This document shows, piece by piece, positions 18,035 through 27,543 of a stretch of 64,000 nt of DNA. Numbering within the stretch: position 1 is the first letter of the stretch; the number at the start of each line of letters is the position of its first letter. The stretch is from the IMG/VR virus record IMGVR_UViG_3300009169_000021, positions 1,885-65,884 of that record; one strand, 5' to 3'. Below the pieces are notes generated by a model, which saw only the letters and a list, made by a program, of their open reading frames with translations, was not told where the DNA came from and searched no databases. This DNA is from a virus (Duplodnaviria; Caudoviricetes). Both the position numbers and the translations under genes were made by a program.

Positions 18035-19347
18035 ATTTTATGAATAAAAGTACTCATATAAAAAATGATATATTAAAAAAAGTTGAAGAGTATTATATAG
18101 AAACTCAAAAAGAAAAAGATGTATCTACAGTTATAAATTATTCAAAAAAAATCTTTGATCATAATGAATTACAAAATTCTATTGAAGCTGTTTTAGATAT
18201 GCATTGGACTGCTGGAAGATGGGTTAAATCGTTTGAAAATAAATTAAAAACTTTTCTTAATGTAAAGTATACTTATATGGTTAATAGTGGTAGTTCGGCT
18301 AATTTAATAGCTTTTCATACTTTAACTTCTTTTTCTTTAGGAGAAAGACGTATAAAAAGAGGTGACGAAGTAATTACAGTTGCTTGTTGTTTTCCAACTA
18401 CAGTATCACCTATAATTTTATATGGTGCTATACCTGTTTTTGTTGATGTAGATCTTAATGCTAATATAGATATAACACAACTTGAAAAAGCTTTATCTAA
18501 TAAAACTAAAGCTGTAATGATAGCACATACATTAGGAAATCCTTTCAATATAGAAGTAGTTGAATCTTTTTGTAAAAAAAATAATTTATTTTTAATTTCA
18601 GATTGTTGTGATGCATTAGGATCTAAATATAAAAATAAATCTGTAGAAAGTTATGGTGATATTTCTACATCATCTTTTTATCCAGCTCATCATATAGGAG
18701 TTGGTCAAGGTGGGGCTGTTCATACAAATAATAAAGAACTATCTAAAATAATTCAATCAATGATAGAATGGGGACGATCTTGTAACTGTGATTCTGCACA
18801 AGATAATAAATGTGGAAATAGATTTAATAAACAATTAGGACAATTACCTTTTGGATATGATCATAAATATTGTTATGACTATTTCTCTTTTAATGTTGCT
18901 TCTACCGATTTACAAGCATCTATCGGAGTAGCTCAATTAGATAAACTCCCTTCTTTTATATTAAAAAGAAAAGAGAATTATAGATTATTATATAACGAAC
19001 TATATAATTTTTCTGATCATTTGATTTTATCTGATGTAAGTGATTATGCTGATCCCTCTTGGTTTTCTTTTTTAATAATATTAAAAGATAATGTTAATAG
19101 ACATGAATTTATAAATTATTTAGAACAAAAGAGTATTCAAACTAGACCTCTCTTTGCAGGTAACTTTTTAAAGCATCCTGCATTTGAATCATTACAACAG
19201 AATATTGACTATAGAGTTATAGGAGAATTAACTAATACAGACTTAATACTAAATAAAGGGTTTTTTATTGGATGTTATCCTGGAATAAGTATTTCTGATA
19301 TATATTATATAGTTGATACATTTAAACAATATTTTAAAAAATTATAA
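18019..19347 (+). CDS. rfbH: CDP-4-keto-6-deoxyglucose 3-dehydrase (E1, DdhC/RfbH)
   Basis: VNSGSSANL, FPTTV, AHTLGNPF, DCCDALGS, SFYPAHH (His in place of the PLP Lys), GYDHKY, TRPLFAGN; probable start 18040. Confidence 0.9.
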   Translation: MENMVNFMNKSTHIKNDILKKVEEYYIETQKEKDVSTVINYSKKIFDHNELQNSIEAVLDMHWTAGRWVKSFENKLKTFLNVKYTYMVNSGSSANLIAFHTLTSFSLGERRIKRGDEVITVACCFPTTVSPIILYGAIPVFVDVDLNANIDITQLEKALSNKTKAVMIAHTLGNPFNIEVVESFCKKNNLFLISDCCDALGSKYKNKSVESYGDISTSSFYPAHHIGVGQGGAVHTNNKELSKIIQSMIEWGRSCNCDSAQDNKCGNRFNKQLGQLPFGYDHKYCYDYFSFNVASTDLQASIGVAQLDKLPSFILKRKENYRLLYNELYNFSDHLILSDVSDYADPSWFSFLIILKDNVNRHEFINYLEQKSIQTRPLFAGNFLKHPAFESLQQNIDYRVIGELTNTDLILNKGFFIGCYPGISISDIYYIVDTFKQYFKKL

Positions 19348-19356
19348 AGGATAAAT

Positions 19357-20361
19357 ATGTTAAAAAATATTTTAGATAATAAAAAATGTTTCAAATTAGT
19401 TTGTGGTGCTGGTAATGAAGATGCTGATGAAGTAGAAAAACTTGTAGCTGTTTATGCAAAAGCAGGGGCAAATTATTTTGATCTATCAGCTAAACCTGAA
19501 ATAGTTAATGCTGCATATAAAGGATTAAGAAGAGTAATACCTGAAAATAAATTACAAAATTATCATCTTAATGTAAGTGTTGGTATTAAAGGTGATCCTC
19601 ATGTAAGTAAAGCATTTATTGATCAAACAAAATGTACTCTATGTGGTCAATGTAATAATACATGTAAAATACAAAGAGCTGTAATTACAGAAAATATTGG
19701 AATAAAGGGGAAAATAAAGCAATATATAGATAATAAGAAATGTATTGGATGTGGTCATTGTATAGAATATTGTAAAGCTAAAGCAATATCTATGAAATCA
19801 GAAGATAAAGATTTAAATGAAGTACTACCAGAGCTAATTCAAAAAGGATTATCATCTATAGAATTACATGCTGTAAGTGAAGATATAAATAAAATAGTAA
19901 AACAATGGGATATTATTCAAAAACATTTTAAAGGTATAATTAGTTTATGTATAGATCGTTCTTTAATGGGGGATAAATATTTAATTAAATTTATTAAAAG
20001 TTTAATTTCAACAAGAGATAACTTTACAACAATTATTCAAGCCGATGGTTGTCCTATGGGTGGAACAGATAATGAACCAAGTACAACTCTTCAAGCAATA
20101 GCAATAGCACAAATTATTCAAAAAGAAAATCTACCTGTTTATCTCTTATTATCGGGTGGAACAAATCTTCATACAACTAAACTTGCAAAAGATTTTGGAA
20201 TATCGGCTAATGGGGTTGCTTTAGGTTCTTATGCTAGAATGATAATTAAAGATCTTATAAATCAACCTGATTTTTGGGAAAATAAAGTAGTATTTGAAAA
20301 TGCTGTAAATAAAGCTATAGACTTAGTTCATTATTCATTAAAATATCTAGGTGATAAATAA
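19357..20361 (+). CDS. LdpA-like iron-sulfur protein (2x[4Fe-4S] plus LdpA C-terminal region)
   Basis: FKLVCGA, DPH..KA, two CxxCxxCxxxC motifs, IELH, QADG.PM.G, LSGGTN. Confidence 0.75.
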   Translation: MLKNILDNKKCFKLVCGAGNEDADEVEKLVAVYAKAGANYFDLSAKPEIVNAAYKGLRRVIPENKLQNYHLNVSVGIKGDPHVSKAFIDQTKCTLCGQCNNTCKIQRAVITENIGIKGKIKQYIDNKKCIGCGHCIEYCKAKAISMKSEDKDLNEVLPELIQKGLSSIELHAVSEDINKIVKQWDIIQKHFKGIISLCIDRSLMGDKYLIKFIKSLISTRDNFTTIIQADGCPMGGTDNEPSTTLQAIAIAQIIQKENLPVYLLLSGGTNLHTTKLAKDFGISANGVALGSYARMIIKDLINQPDFWENKVVFENAVNKAIDLVHYSLKYLGDK

Positions 20362-21119
20362 TGGTTAATCTATATACACAAAATTGGAAATTAGAAAATA
20401 TAAGTTGTGTTTTATTTGATAAAGATGGAACTATTTTAGATAGTCATATTTATTGGGGTAGAATAATTGAACGTAGGAGTTTAGCTCTTATATCAGCTTA
20501 TGAATTATCTTTCGATAGACATGATGAATTATGTAAAGTAATGGGATTAGATTTAAAATCAGGTAAATTATTAGAAAAAGGACCAATAGCTTTAGTAAGT
20601 AGAAATGATGTTATTAAAATTATGGTGGATTATTTTAAAAAACATAATTTAAAAATATCTGATGAATCTATTTCAGATATATTTGATAAAGAACACAAAC
20701 TTTTTAATAAAGAATTAACTTCTTATATAAATCCATTACCTGGAGCATTAGATTTAATAAGACGATTAAAAAGAAAAAATATAAAAATTGCTATAGTAAC
20801 TAGTGATACAGTTGATAATACTATTTCAATATTAAATCATTGGAAAGTAACTGGATTTTTTGATTTTATTGTAGGAAAAGAAACTCTTAGCGAATCTAAA
20901 GAAACAGGAATACCTGCTTTACATGCTCTTAAACATTTTAATATGAATCCTGAATTTGCTATAACTATTGGTGATGCTCCTATAGACATACTTATGGCAA
21001 ATAATGCAAAAATGAAAGCTGGAATAGGTGTTACAACTGGACAAGTTCCTGCATATACTTTGTCTACTTATACTAATTATGTATGTGATACTTTATTAGA
21101 TGTTCATATAGAGGTTTGA
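20361..21119 (+). CDS. HAD-superfamily phosphatase
   Basis: FDKDGT motif I, VTSD motif II, GD...D motif IV. Confidence 0.85.
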   Translation: MVNLYTQNWKLENISCVLFDKDGTILDSHIYWGRIIERRSLALISAYELSFDRHDELCKVMGLDLKSGKLLEKGPIALVSRNDVIKIMVDYFKKHNLKISDESISDIFDKEHKLFNKELTSYINPLPGALDLIRRLKRKNIKIAIVTSDTVDNTISILNHWKVTGFFDFIVGKETLSESKETGIPALHALKHFNMNPEFAITIGDAPIDILMANNAKMKAGIGVTTGQVPAYTLSTYTNYVCDTLLDVHIEV

Positions 21120-22144
21120 TGAATATATTAGATTGTACTTTTAGAGATGGTGGTCATTTAAACAGATGGGATTTTGATAATCAATGTGTAATAGACTCCT
21201 ATATAGCATCAGCAAAAAGTAACGTAGATTATTTTGAAATTGGTTATAGAACACCTTCAAGTATAAAAAATTTAGGTTCTTTTGCATATTGTGATGATAA
21301 TTTTTTATTGGATTTAATTGAACCTATAAATAATTGTAAATTAACCCTAATGATAGATGCTGGAAAATCTAATGTAGAAATAAAAGATTGTATTATTGAG
21401 AATACTATAATAAAAGCTATTAGAGTTGCAGCTTATCCATATGAATTAAATAAAGCACTCTCTTTAGTTGAAGAAATTAAAAATAAAGGCTATGAAGTAT
21501 TTCTAAATTTAATGGCATTTTCAGAATTTACCGAAGAAAATTTTAAAACACTAAGAGATTGGAAAAATAAAGAAATACTAAACGCTATTTATTTTGCAGA
21601 TAGTTTTGGTTCATTCTTACCTAATAACACAATTAAATGCATCAAAAGTTTAAAAGAAATAAATTATAATAATATAGGATTTCATGCACATAATAACTTA
21701 CAACTTGCATTTGCTAATACACTAGCTGCAATAGATCACGGTGTAAAATATGTAGATGCTTCTATATATGGTATGGGAAGAGGATCAGGGAATTTACAAA
21801 TAGAAGTTCTTATTTCTTACTTAGAAAAAACAAGAAATATAAAATATAATCCTGTTCCATATTTAAATATAATAGATCAATTTTTTATTGAAATATTTGA
21901 AAAATATAGATGGGGATATAATTTACAATCTCTGATGGGAGGAATTAAAAATATTCATCCTTATTATATAAGTACATTATTTGAGAAAGATTTATCAGTT
22001 GAACATATCTGGAATTGCTTAGATGATATTAAAACAAATTGTCCCATATCATTTTCAGCAGAAAAATTAAATGAAATTTTAGAGCAGCGATGCTTATCTT
22101 TAGAAAAAGATGAAATTTTAGAATATATAGACAAGAAATTTTAA
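21116..22144 (+). CDS. DRE-TIM metallolyase (4-hydroxy-2-oxovalerate aldolase-like)
   Basis: LDCTFRDGG, ADSFG, GFHAHNN.QLA.AN, GMGRGSGN. Confidence 0.85.
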   Translation: MMNILDCTFRDGGHLNRWDFDNQCVIDSYIASAKSNVDYFEIGYRTPSSIKNLGSFAYCDDNFLLDLIEPINNCKLTLMIDAGKSNVEIKDCIIENTIIKAIRVAAYPYELNKALSLVEEIKNKGYEVFLNLMAFSEFTEENFKTLRDWKNKEILNAIYFADSFGSFLPNNTIKCIKSLKEINYNNIGFHAHNNLQLAFANTLAAIDHGVKYVDASIYGMGRGSGNLQIEVLISYLEKTRNIKYNPVPYLNIIDQFFIEIFEKYRWGYNLQSLMGGIKNIHPYYISTLFEKDLSVEHIWNCLDDIKTNCPISFSAEKLNEILEQRCLSLEKDEILEYIDKKF

Positions 22145-22151
22145 AAAATTA

Positions 22152-22181
22152 TACACTTTTTAAGATTTTTTAATTATATTA
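22152..22181 (+). promoter_or_regulatory. sigma70-type promoter inside the sugar island
   Basis: TACACT-17 bp-TATATT plus the conserved T-rich block. Confidence 0.65.
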
Positions 22182-22214
22182 TAAATATAGAAAAGTTAAA
22201 TAAGGAGAAAACTA

Positions 22215-22319
22215 ATGACTAATTATATTTTATTCGTAATAACTTTAATATTATTTTTTATACTCATGGAATTAAAATGTATAAGAGAAGAAATAAAAGA
22301 GAATAAGGAAATTAACTAA
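22215..22319 (+). CDS. small membrane peptide (34 aa)
   Basis: AAGGAG RBS; MTNYILFVITLILFFILMELK... Confidence 0.45.
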   Translation: MTNYILFVITLILFFILMELKCIREEIKENKEIN

Positions 22320-22331
22320 GGAGAAACAGTA

Positions 22332-22838
22332 ATGGCTATAGTATTAACTAAGAAAGATTTTGATAATAATGGGAATTTTATAAATAGAACTTATTATAAT
22401 GAAATGAATAGGAGATATGAGTTTGATTCCAGTATACAATTAAAAGTAATAACTCCTGTTTATTTTGATAAATCTATTTATTCAGAAGGTGATATTTCTT
22501 CAGAAGGTGATATTTCTTCAGAAGGTTATATTTTTTCAAAAGGTGATATTTATTCAGAAGGTGATATTTATTTAGAAGGTTATATTTTATTTAAAAATAA
22601 ACCTTTGATTATTATAAATAAGATTGGTAGTAGCAAAAATGATACTATTTTTTATTTTACAAAGGATAAAGGAATTGTAGTTAAATGTGGGTGTTATTAT
22701 GATTCTATTTTAAATTTTAAAAAAAGAGTAGTTGAAGTACATAAAGATAATATATATGCTAAAGAATATTTAACAACATGTGATTATATAGAGAATATGT
22801 ATAATTTATATAAAGAACTTGAGGAGAAAAATAGATGA
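22332..22838 (+). CDS. hexapeptide-repeat (beta-helix) phage protein
   Basis: I-x-S-E-G-D repeats followed by the IGS...GC.Y.....F..RV..VH....Y..EY domain common in phage repeat proteins. Confidence 0.7.
   Translation: MAIVLTKKDFDNNGNFINRTYYNEMNRRYEFDSSIQLKVITPVYFDKSIYSEGDISSEGDISSEGYIFSKGDIYSEGDIYLEGYILFKNKPLIIINKIGSSKNDTIFYFTKDKGIVVKCGCYYDSILNFKKRVVEVHKDNIYAKEYLTTCDYIENMYNLYKELEEKNR
22475..22586 (+). repeat. 18-bp coding tandem repeat, about 6 units
   Basis: TATTTATTCAGAAGGTGA and variants. Confidence 0.85.
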
Positions 22839-23752
22839 ATTGTAAATTTTGTAATCAATCTATGTTATATGTAGGAGATAATGTGGGTTATGAAGTATAT
22901 TGGTGTCCTAATTGTGGTTCTAACTTTGAACAGGAATCAGGGAAGGAAGACACATGGAGAGAATCTAAAATGTATAGAGAACACATGAATATTAAACAAA
23001 AATTACAAGCAGGTCAAACAGTATATGGAACTTGGTGTTTGATACCTTCTCCAGAAGTTATAAATATAATAGCTAAGTCAGGACTTGATTTTGTATTCAT
23101 TGACATGGAGCATGGAGCTACTGATTTTGTAAATGTTGGTAGAATGATTACTTCGGCACAAGTAGAAGGTTGTAGTGCTATAGTAAGAGTCCCTAAATTA
23201 CAAGAAGATTATATATTAAGGGTATTAGATTTAGCTCCTGATGGTATAGTAGTTCCTCATATAGAAACAAAATATGATGCAGTACATTTTGTACATTATT
23301 CTAAATTTGCTCCTATAGGTTATAGAGGTTATTCCCCTTATACAAAATCAGGTGGTTATAATTATAATTGTAATTATACTAAAAATGAAAATAATAGATT
23401 ATTAAATATTGCTATAGTTGAGGGAAGTGATGGTATTGCTAATTTAGAAGATATAGTTAAAATTAAAGATATAGATGTTATATATTTAGGTACATATGAT
23501 ATATCAGTTATGTTAGGAATTCCTGGACAAGTAAATGATAAAAGAGTTTATAAAGTATTAGAAGACTGCACTAAATTTGTTAAAAACAGTGATAAAATTG
23601 TAGGTTGTATGTTTCATAATAAAGAAGAGCATGATTATTTTGTATCTCTTGGAATTCAAATGCTTGCTTATAGCGTAGATACTAATATTATCTATAAAGG
23701 ATATAGTGAATTAAAAAATATGAAAAATATAAAACAGGATATTTTATCATGA
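22835..23752 (+). CDS. HpcH/HpaI-family aldolase with N-terminal Zn-ribbon extension
   Basis: G.DFVFIDMEHG, VRVP, LD..PDGIVVPHI, P.G.RG, G.YD; aldolase domain starts at M51 (22985). Confidence 0.88.
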   Translation: MNCKFCNQSMLYVGDNVGYEVYWCPNCGSNFEQESGKEDTWRESKMYREHMNIKQKLQAGQTVYGTWCLIPSPEVINIIAKSGLDFVFIDMEHGATDFVNVGRMITSAQVEGCSAIVRVPKLQEDYILRVLDLAPDGIVVPHIETKYDAVHFVHYSKFAPIGYRGYSPYTKSGGYNYNCNYTKNENNRLLNIAIVEGSDGIANLEDIVKIKDIDVIYLGTYDISVMLGIPGQVNDKRVYKVLEDCTKFVKNSDKIVGCMFHNKEEHDYFVSLGIQMLAYSVDTNIIYKGYSELKNMKNIKQDILS

Positions 23753-25545
23753 TAAGACTTTCAGATTATGTAATACAACGTATAGTAGATGAACAAGTAA
23801 AAGATATATTTTTAGTTTCTGGTGGGGGCGGAATGTTTTTGCTTGATTCACTTGGAAAAAATAAGAATTTAAATTATATTTGTAATCATATGGAGCAGGC
23901 TAGTGTTATGTCTGCTGAAGCTTATTCAAGAGTAACGGGTAATTTAGGTATTGCATTAGTAACTACTGGACCAGCGGGAACAAATGCTATTACTGGTGTT
24001 GCTTGTGCTTGGAATGATTCTATTCCCTTACTTATTATATCAGGACAAGCTAATTCTAAATCTCTAATAGGAGATACAGGACTACGACAAAGAGGGGTAC
24101 ATGAAGCAGATATAGTTAAAATGGTTACACCTATAACTAAATTTGCTCATACTATTACAGATGAAAGAGATATTAAATATTATATGGATAAAGCAATCTT
24201 CTTAGCTAGATCGGGTAGACCTGGACCAGTATGGGTAGATATTCCTATTGATATACAATCTAAAATGATTGATCCAGAAGATCAAATTGGATTTGATCCT
24301 TGTACTTATGATCCTAAAACTTATATAGATATAGATGATTTACATAAAGTTATAGAAATGATGCATGAAGCAAAACGTCCTATAATTTTAGCGGGGAATG
24401 GTATTAGATTAGGTAAAGCAATGGAAGAATTTTTTGATTTTCTTAATATAGTTAAAATACCAGTAGTAACTACTAAAAATGGTTTTGATCTTATATATGA
24501 TTCTCATTCTTTATTAGCGGGAAGAGTTGGAACATATGGACAAAGAGCGGGAAATTTTGCTATGCAGAATTCTGATTTAGTTATTATTCTAGGTTCAAGA
24601 TTATCTCAACCAACCACCGGATATGAATTTAATTTATTTGCAAGAGAAGCTAAGAAAATAATAGTAGATATAGATGCTATTCAACTTCATTACTCTAATA
24701 TTGAAATAGATTTAAAAATAAATACTGATATAAAACAATTTTTAAATAAAATAATTATATTATTAAAACAAGAACAGATAAGAGATCATACAGAATGGAA
24801 TAATAGATGTCAACAGTACAGAAAAGACTTCCCAGTAGTTACTTGGGAAATGAAAGATAGAACAGATTATATTGATCCTTATTACTTCTATGAAATTCTA
24901 TCAGAGTTAGCAGATAATGATGATATACTTGTTACTGATCAAGGGATTGCTTTTTATGCTTTTACTACTTCTTATAAATTAAAACCTGGACAAAAAGCTT
25001 TTACGAATGGTGGATTTTCTCCTATGGGTTATGGACTTCCAGCAGCAATAGGAGCTTGTATGGCTAATAATAAAAAGAGAATACTTAGTGTCCATGGTGA
25101 TGGTGGTATTGAAATGAATATTCAAGAACTACAAACTATTGTTCATAATAAACTACCTATAAAAATATTTGTATTTAATAATCAAGGATATACAAGTATC
25201 AAACATACTCAAACCGCTTATTTTGATGGACACTTTGTTGGTAGTGAAGCTGGTAGCGGTGTTACTTGTCCAGATTTTAAAAAGGTAGCTAGAGCCTATG
25301 GAATTAAAGCTAATCAAATACTCAGTAACTCTGATTTAAAGAGCGGAATTAAAATGGCTTTGCATTATAATGAACCTCTTTTAATAGAAGTGATGATTGA
25401 TCCTTTTCAACCATTTCATCCTAGAGTAACAACAGAAAAGAAAGAAGACGGTACTTTAGTTTCTAAGCCTCTTGAAGATATGTACCCTTTTCTTAATAGA
25501 GAATTATTCAAAAAACAAATGATTGTGGAGACTGTGAATGAATGA
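23749..25545 (+). CDS. ThDP-dependent acetolactate-synthase-like enzyme (YerE-like C-C ligase candidate)
   Basis: HMEQ, TTGPAGTN, SGRPGPVW.DIP.D, MGYGLPAAIG, GDGG...N.QEL...NN.GY. Confidence 0.88.
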   Translation: MIRLSDYVIQRIVDEQVKDIFLVSGGGGMFLLDSLGKNKNLNYICNHMEQASVMSAEAYSRVTGNLGIALVTTGPAGTNAITGVACAWNDSIPLLIISGQANSKSLIGDTGLRQRGVHEADIVKMVTPITKFAHTITDERDIKYYMDKAIFLARSGRPGPVWVDIPIDIQSKMIDPEDQIGFDPCTYDPKTYIDIDDLHKVIEMMHEAKRPIILAGNGIRLGKAMEEFFDFLNIVKIPVVTTKNGFDLIYDSHSLLAGRVGTYGQRAGNFAMQNSDLVIILGSRLSQPTTGYEFNLFAREAKKIIVDIDAIQLHYSNIEIDLKINTDIKQFLNKIIILLKQEQIRDHTEWNNRCQQYRKDFPVVTWEMKDRTDYIDPYYFYEILSELADNDDILVTDQGIAFYAFTTSYKLKPGQKAFTNGGFSPMGYGLPAAIGACMANNKKRILSVHGDGGIEMNIQELQTIVHNKLPIKIFVFNNQGYTSIKHTQTAYFDGHFVGSEAGSGVTCPDFKKVARAYGIKANQILSNSDLKSGIKMALHYNEPLLIEVMIDPFQPFHPRVTTEKKEDGTLVSKPLEDMYPFLNRELFKKQMIVETVNE

Positions 25546-25659
25546 TTTATTTGATTGGCTTTTAGAATTTACTGTAAAATGTATAATAGGTCTTCTTTGT
25601 ATAGGAACACTTGTTGTAATAATAACAATAATAATTATGATAATTGAGGCTTTCTTTAA

Positions 25660-26676
25660 ATGAATAAAATTATACAAGAAGATTTAGAATATATAACATC
25701 ATCTACAATAGTAGATTGGAAACAATTTAAAAATTCAACTGTTCTTATAACAGGTGCAAGTGGAATGCTTGCTTCATATATGGTGAGAACATTATTATAC
25801 TTGAATGAAAATATTTTAAAAGATAATCAATGTAAAGTAATAGCTTTAGTAAGAAATGAAAATAAAGCTAGAGAGAATTTTAAAGATTATGAAAATGATA
25901 ATAATTTAAGTTTTATTATACAAGATGTTTGTAAATCTATATATGTAGATAAGCAAAAAATAAATTATGTTATACATGCATCTAGTATAGCATCACCAAA
26001 ATATTATAATGAATTTCCTGTAGATGTTATATTACCTAATACACTAGGAACATTGAATACATTAAATCTATCTATAAAACATAAAGTAGAAAGTTATTTA
26101 TTTTTTAGTGCTGGAGAAATCTATAATGAAAACAATCCTTTAGATATTCGATCTTGTTATGGAGAAAGTAAAAGATTAGGAGAAAATCTTTGTGTATGTT
26201 CTCATCATCAGTATAATGTTCCTATAAAGATTGTTAGACCTTTTCATACATATGGTCCAGGAATGGATTTAGAAGGAGGAAGAGTTTTTGAAGATTTTGT
26301 AAATAATATAGTTCATAATAAAAATATTGAACTTAAAAGTGATGGTAGTGCTAGAAGACAGTTTTGTTATATAGCAGATGCCACCATAGCTTTTTTTAAA
26401 GTATTATTAGATGGAAAAAATGGACAAGCATATGATATTGCTAATATAGATCAAACAGTTTCTATAAAAGACTTAGCAAGAATGTTATTATATACTTTTC
26501 CTGAAAAGCATTTACAATTCTCTTATATAAAACATGATAAAGATTATTTACCCAGTTCCACTAAAGAGTATATACCTAATATTACTAATATAAATAATTT
26601 AGGATGGAATCCGGTATTTACAATAAGAGAAGGATTCAAAAGAACAATAAAAAGTTTTTATAAAGGAGAGTGCTGA
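25660..26676 (+). CDS. NAD-dependent epimerase/dehydratase (extended SDR)
   Basis: TGASGMLA, ASPK.Y, YGESK, RPFHTYGPG, R.FCY..D. Confidence 0.88.
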   Translation: MNKIIQEDLEYITSSTIVDWKQFKNSTVLITGASGMLASYMVRTLLYLNENILKDNQCKVIALVRNENKARENFKDYENDNNLSFIIQDVCKSIYVDKQKINYVIHASSIASPKYYNEFPVDVILPNTLGTLNTLNLSIKHKVESYLFFSAGEIYNENNPLDIRSCYGESKRLGENLCVCSHHQYNVPIKIVRPFHTYGPGMDLEGGRVFEDFVNNIVHNKNIELKSDGSARRQFCYIADATIAFFKVLLDGKNGQAYDIANIDQTVSIKDLARMLLYTFPEKHLQFSYIKHDKDYLPSSTKEYIPNITNINNLGWNPVFTIREGFKRTIKSFYKGEC

Positions 26677-26897
26677 TGGATAAAATATATTGTTTTAATT
26701 GTAAATACCTTAAATCAGAAAATAGATATAAAGCCTCAGCTTTACATAATTGTGAATATCCAGATAATTTAATCAAAGTGGCTTCATGGCTCTCTGAACA
26801 AATAGTTTATCAAGTATCACCAAAGAAACTAAATAAAGATAATGATTGTAAGTGGTTTAAGAAGTTGATAGAAGGCAAACCACCTAAAAAACCTTAA
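26670..26897 (+). CDS. small Cys-rich protein
   Basis: CFNCKY...C...N...DC.WF. Confidence 0.55.
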   Translation: MLMDKIYCFNCKYLKSENRYKASALHNCEYPDNLIKVASWLSEQIVYQVSPKKLNKDNDCKWFKKLIEGKPPKKP

Positions 26898-26907
26898 TGG
26901 AGGAACA

Positions 26908-27543
26908 ATGGAAGGGAAGATAAACCCAAAAATCACATTTCTAAATAATGACATGTGGTGGAGTACTGAAGATATAGAAGGATATGACTATCTTCAAAAA
27001 CATAATAACGATACAGTAGAAAAATTATTACCTCTTCTTAAAGAGAAAAGAGTTGCTGTACAAGCTGGTGGTAATTGTGGTTTTGTTATAAGACAACTTA
27101 AACAAATTTTTGAAACTATTTATACTTTTGAACCAACCCCTTCATGCTTCTTAGCACTATGTATGAATATTCCAGATGAAAATGTTTTTAAAATTCAAGG
27201 ATGTCTTGGTAGTGAAAACAAACTAGTTGGTATGGCTCAACCGAGAGCTTTAGTAAGTGCTAATTATGTTTCAGGTGAAGGAATAATTCCTACATTTAGA
27301 ATTGATGATTTAAATTTAAATGAATGTTCACTCATCCAACTTGACATTGAGGGGTTTGAATATGACGCTTTAATGGGAGCAGTAGAAACAATTACTAAAT
27401 TTCATCCACTACTTTGTATTGAAAGAAGATGGGGGGATGAAAGAGGATTTCCAGAAGAAGAGCTAGATAGACAACTAAAAGATTGGGGTTATATAGAAGT
27501 AGATAGAATGTATCCTGATGTTTATTATAAATGGGTTAAATAA
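26908..27543 (+). CDS. FkbM-family SAM methyltransferase
   Basis: VQAGGNCG, TFEP, IDDL, IQLDIEG.E..AL.GA..TI....P. Confidence 0.85.
   Translation: MEGKINPKITFLNNDMWWSTEDIEGYDYLQKHNNDTVEKLLPLLKEKRVAVQAGGNCGFVIRQLKQIFETIYTFEPTPSCFLALCMNIPDENVFKIQGCLGSENKLVGMAQPRALVSANYVSGEGIIPTFRIDDLNLNECSLIQLDIEGFEYDALMGAVETITKFHPLLCIERRWGDERGFPEEELDRQLKDWGYIEVDRMYPDVYYKWVK

Noticed and set aside
19357-20361. Circadian-clock manipulation or a cyanobacterial host inferred from LdpA
   Set aside because: No kai, photosynthesis or other cyanophage marker genes are in the window, and the gene is embedded in a sugar operon.
23749-25545. ilvB for branched-chain amino acid synthesis as an auxiliary metabolic gene
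   Set aside because: No ilvN/ilvC/ilvD nearby and the context is nucleotide-sugar genes, so a YerE-like role is more plausible, though untested.
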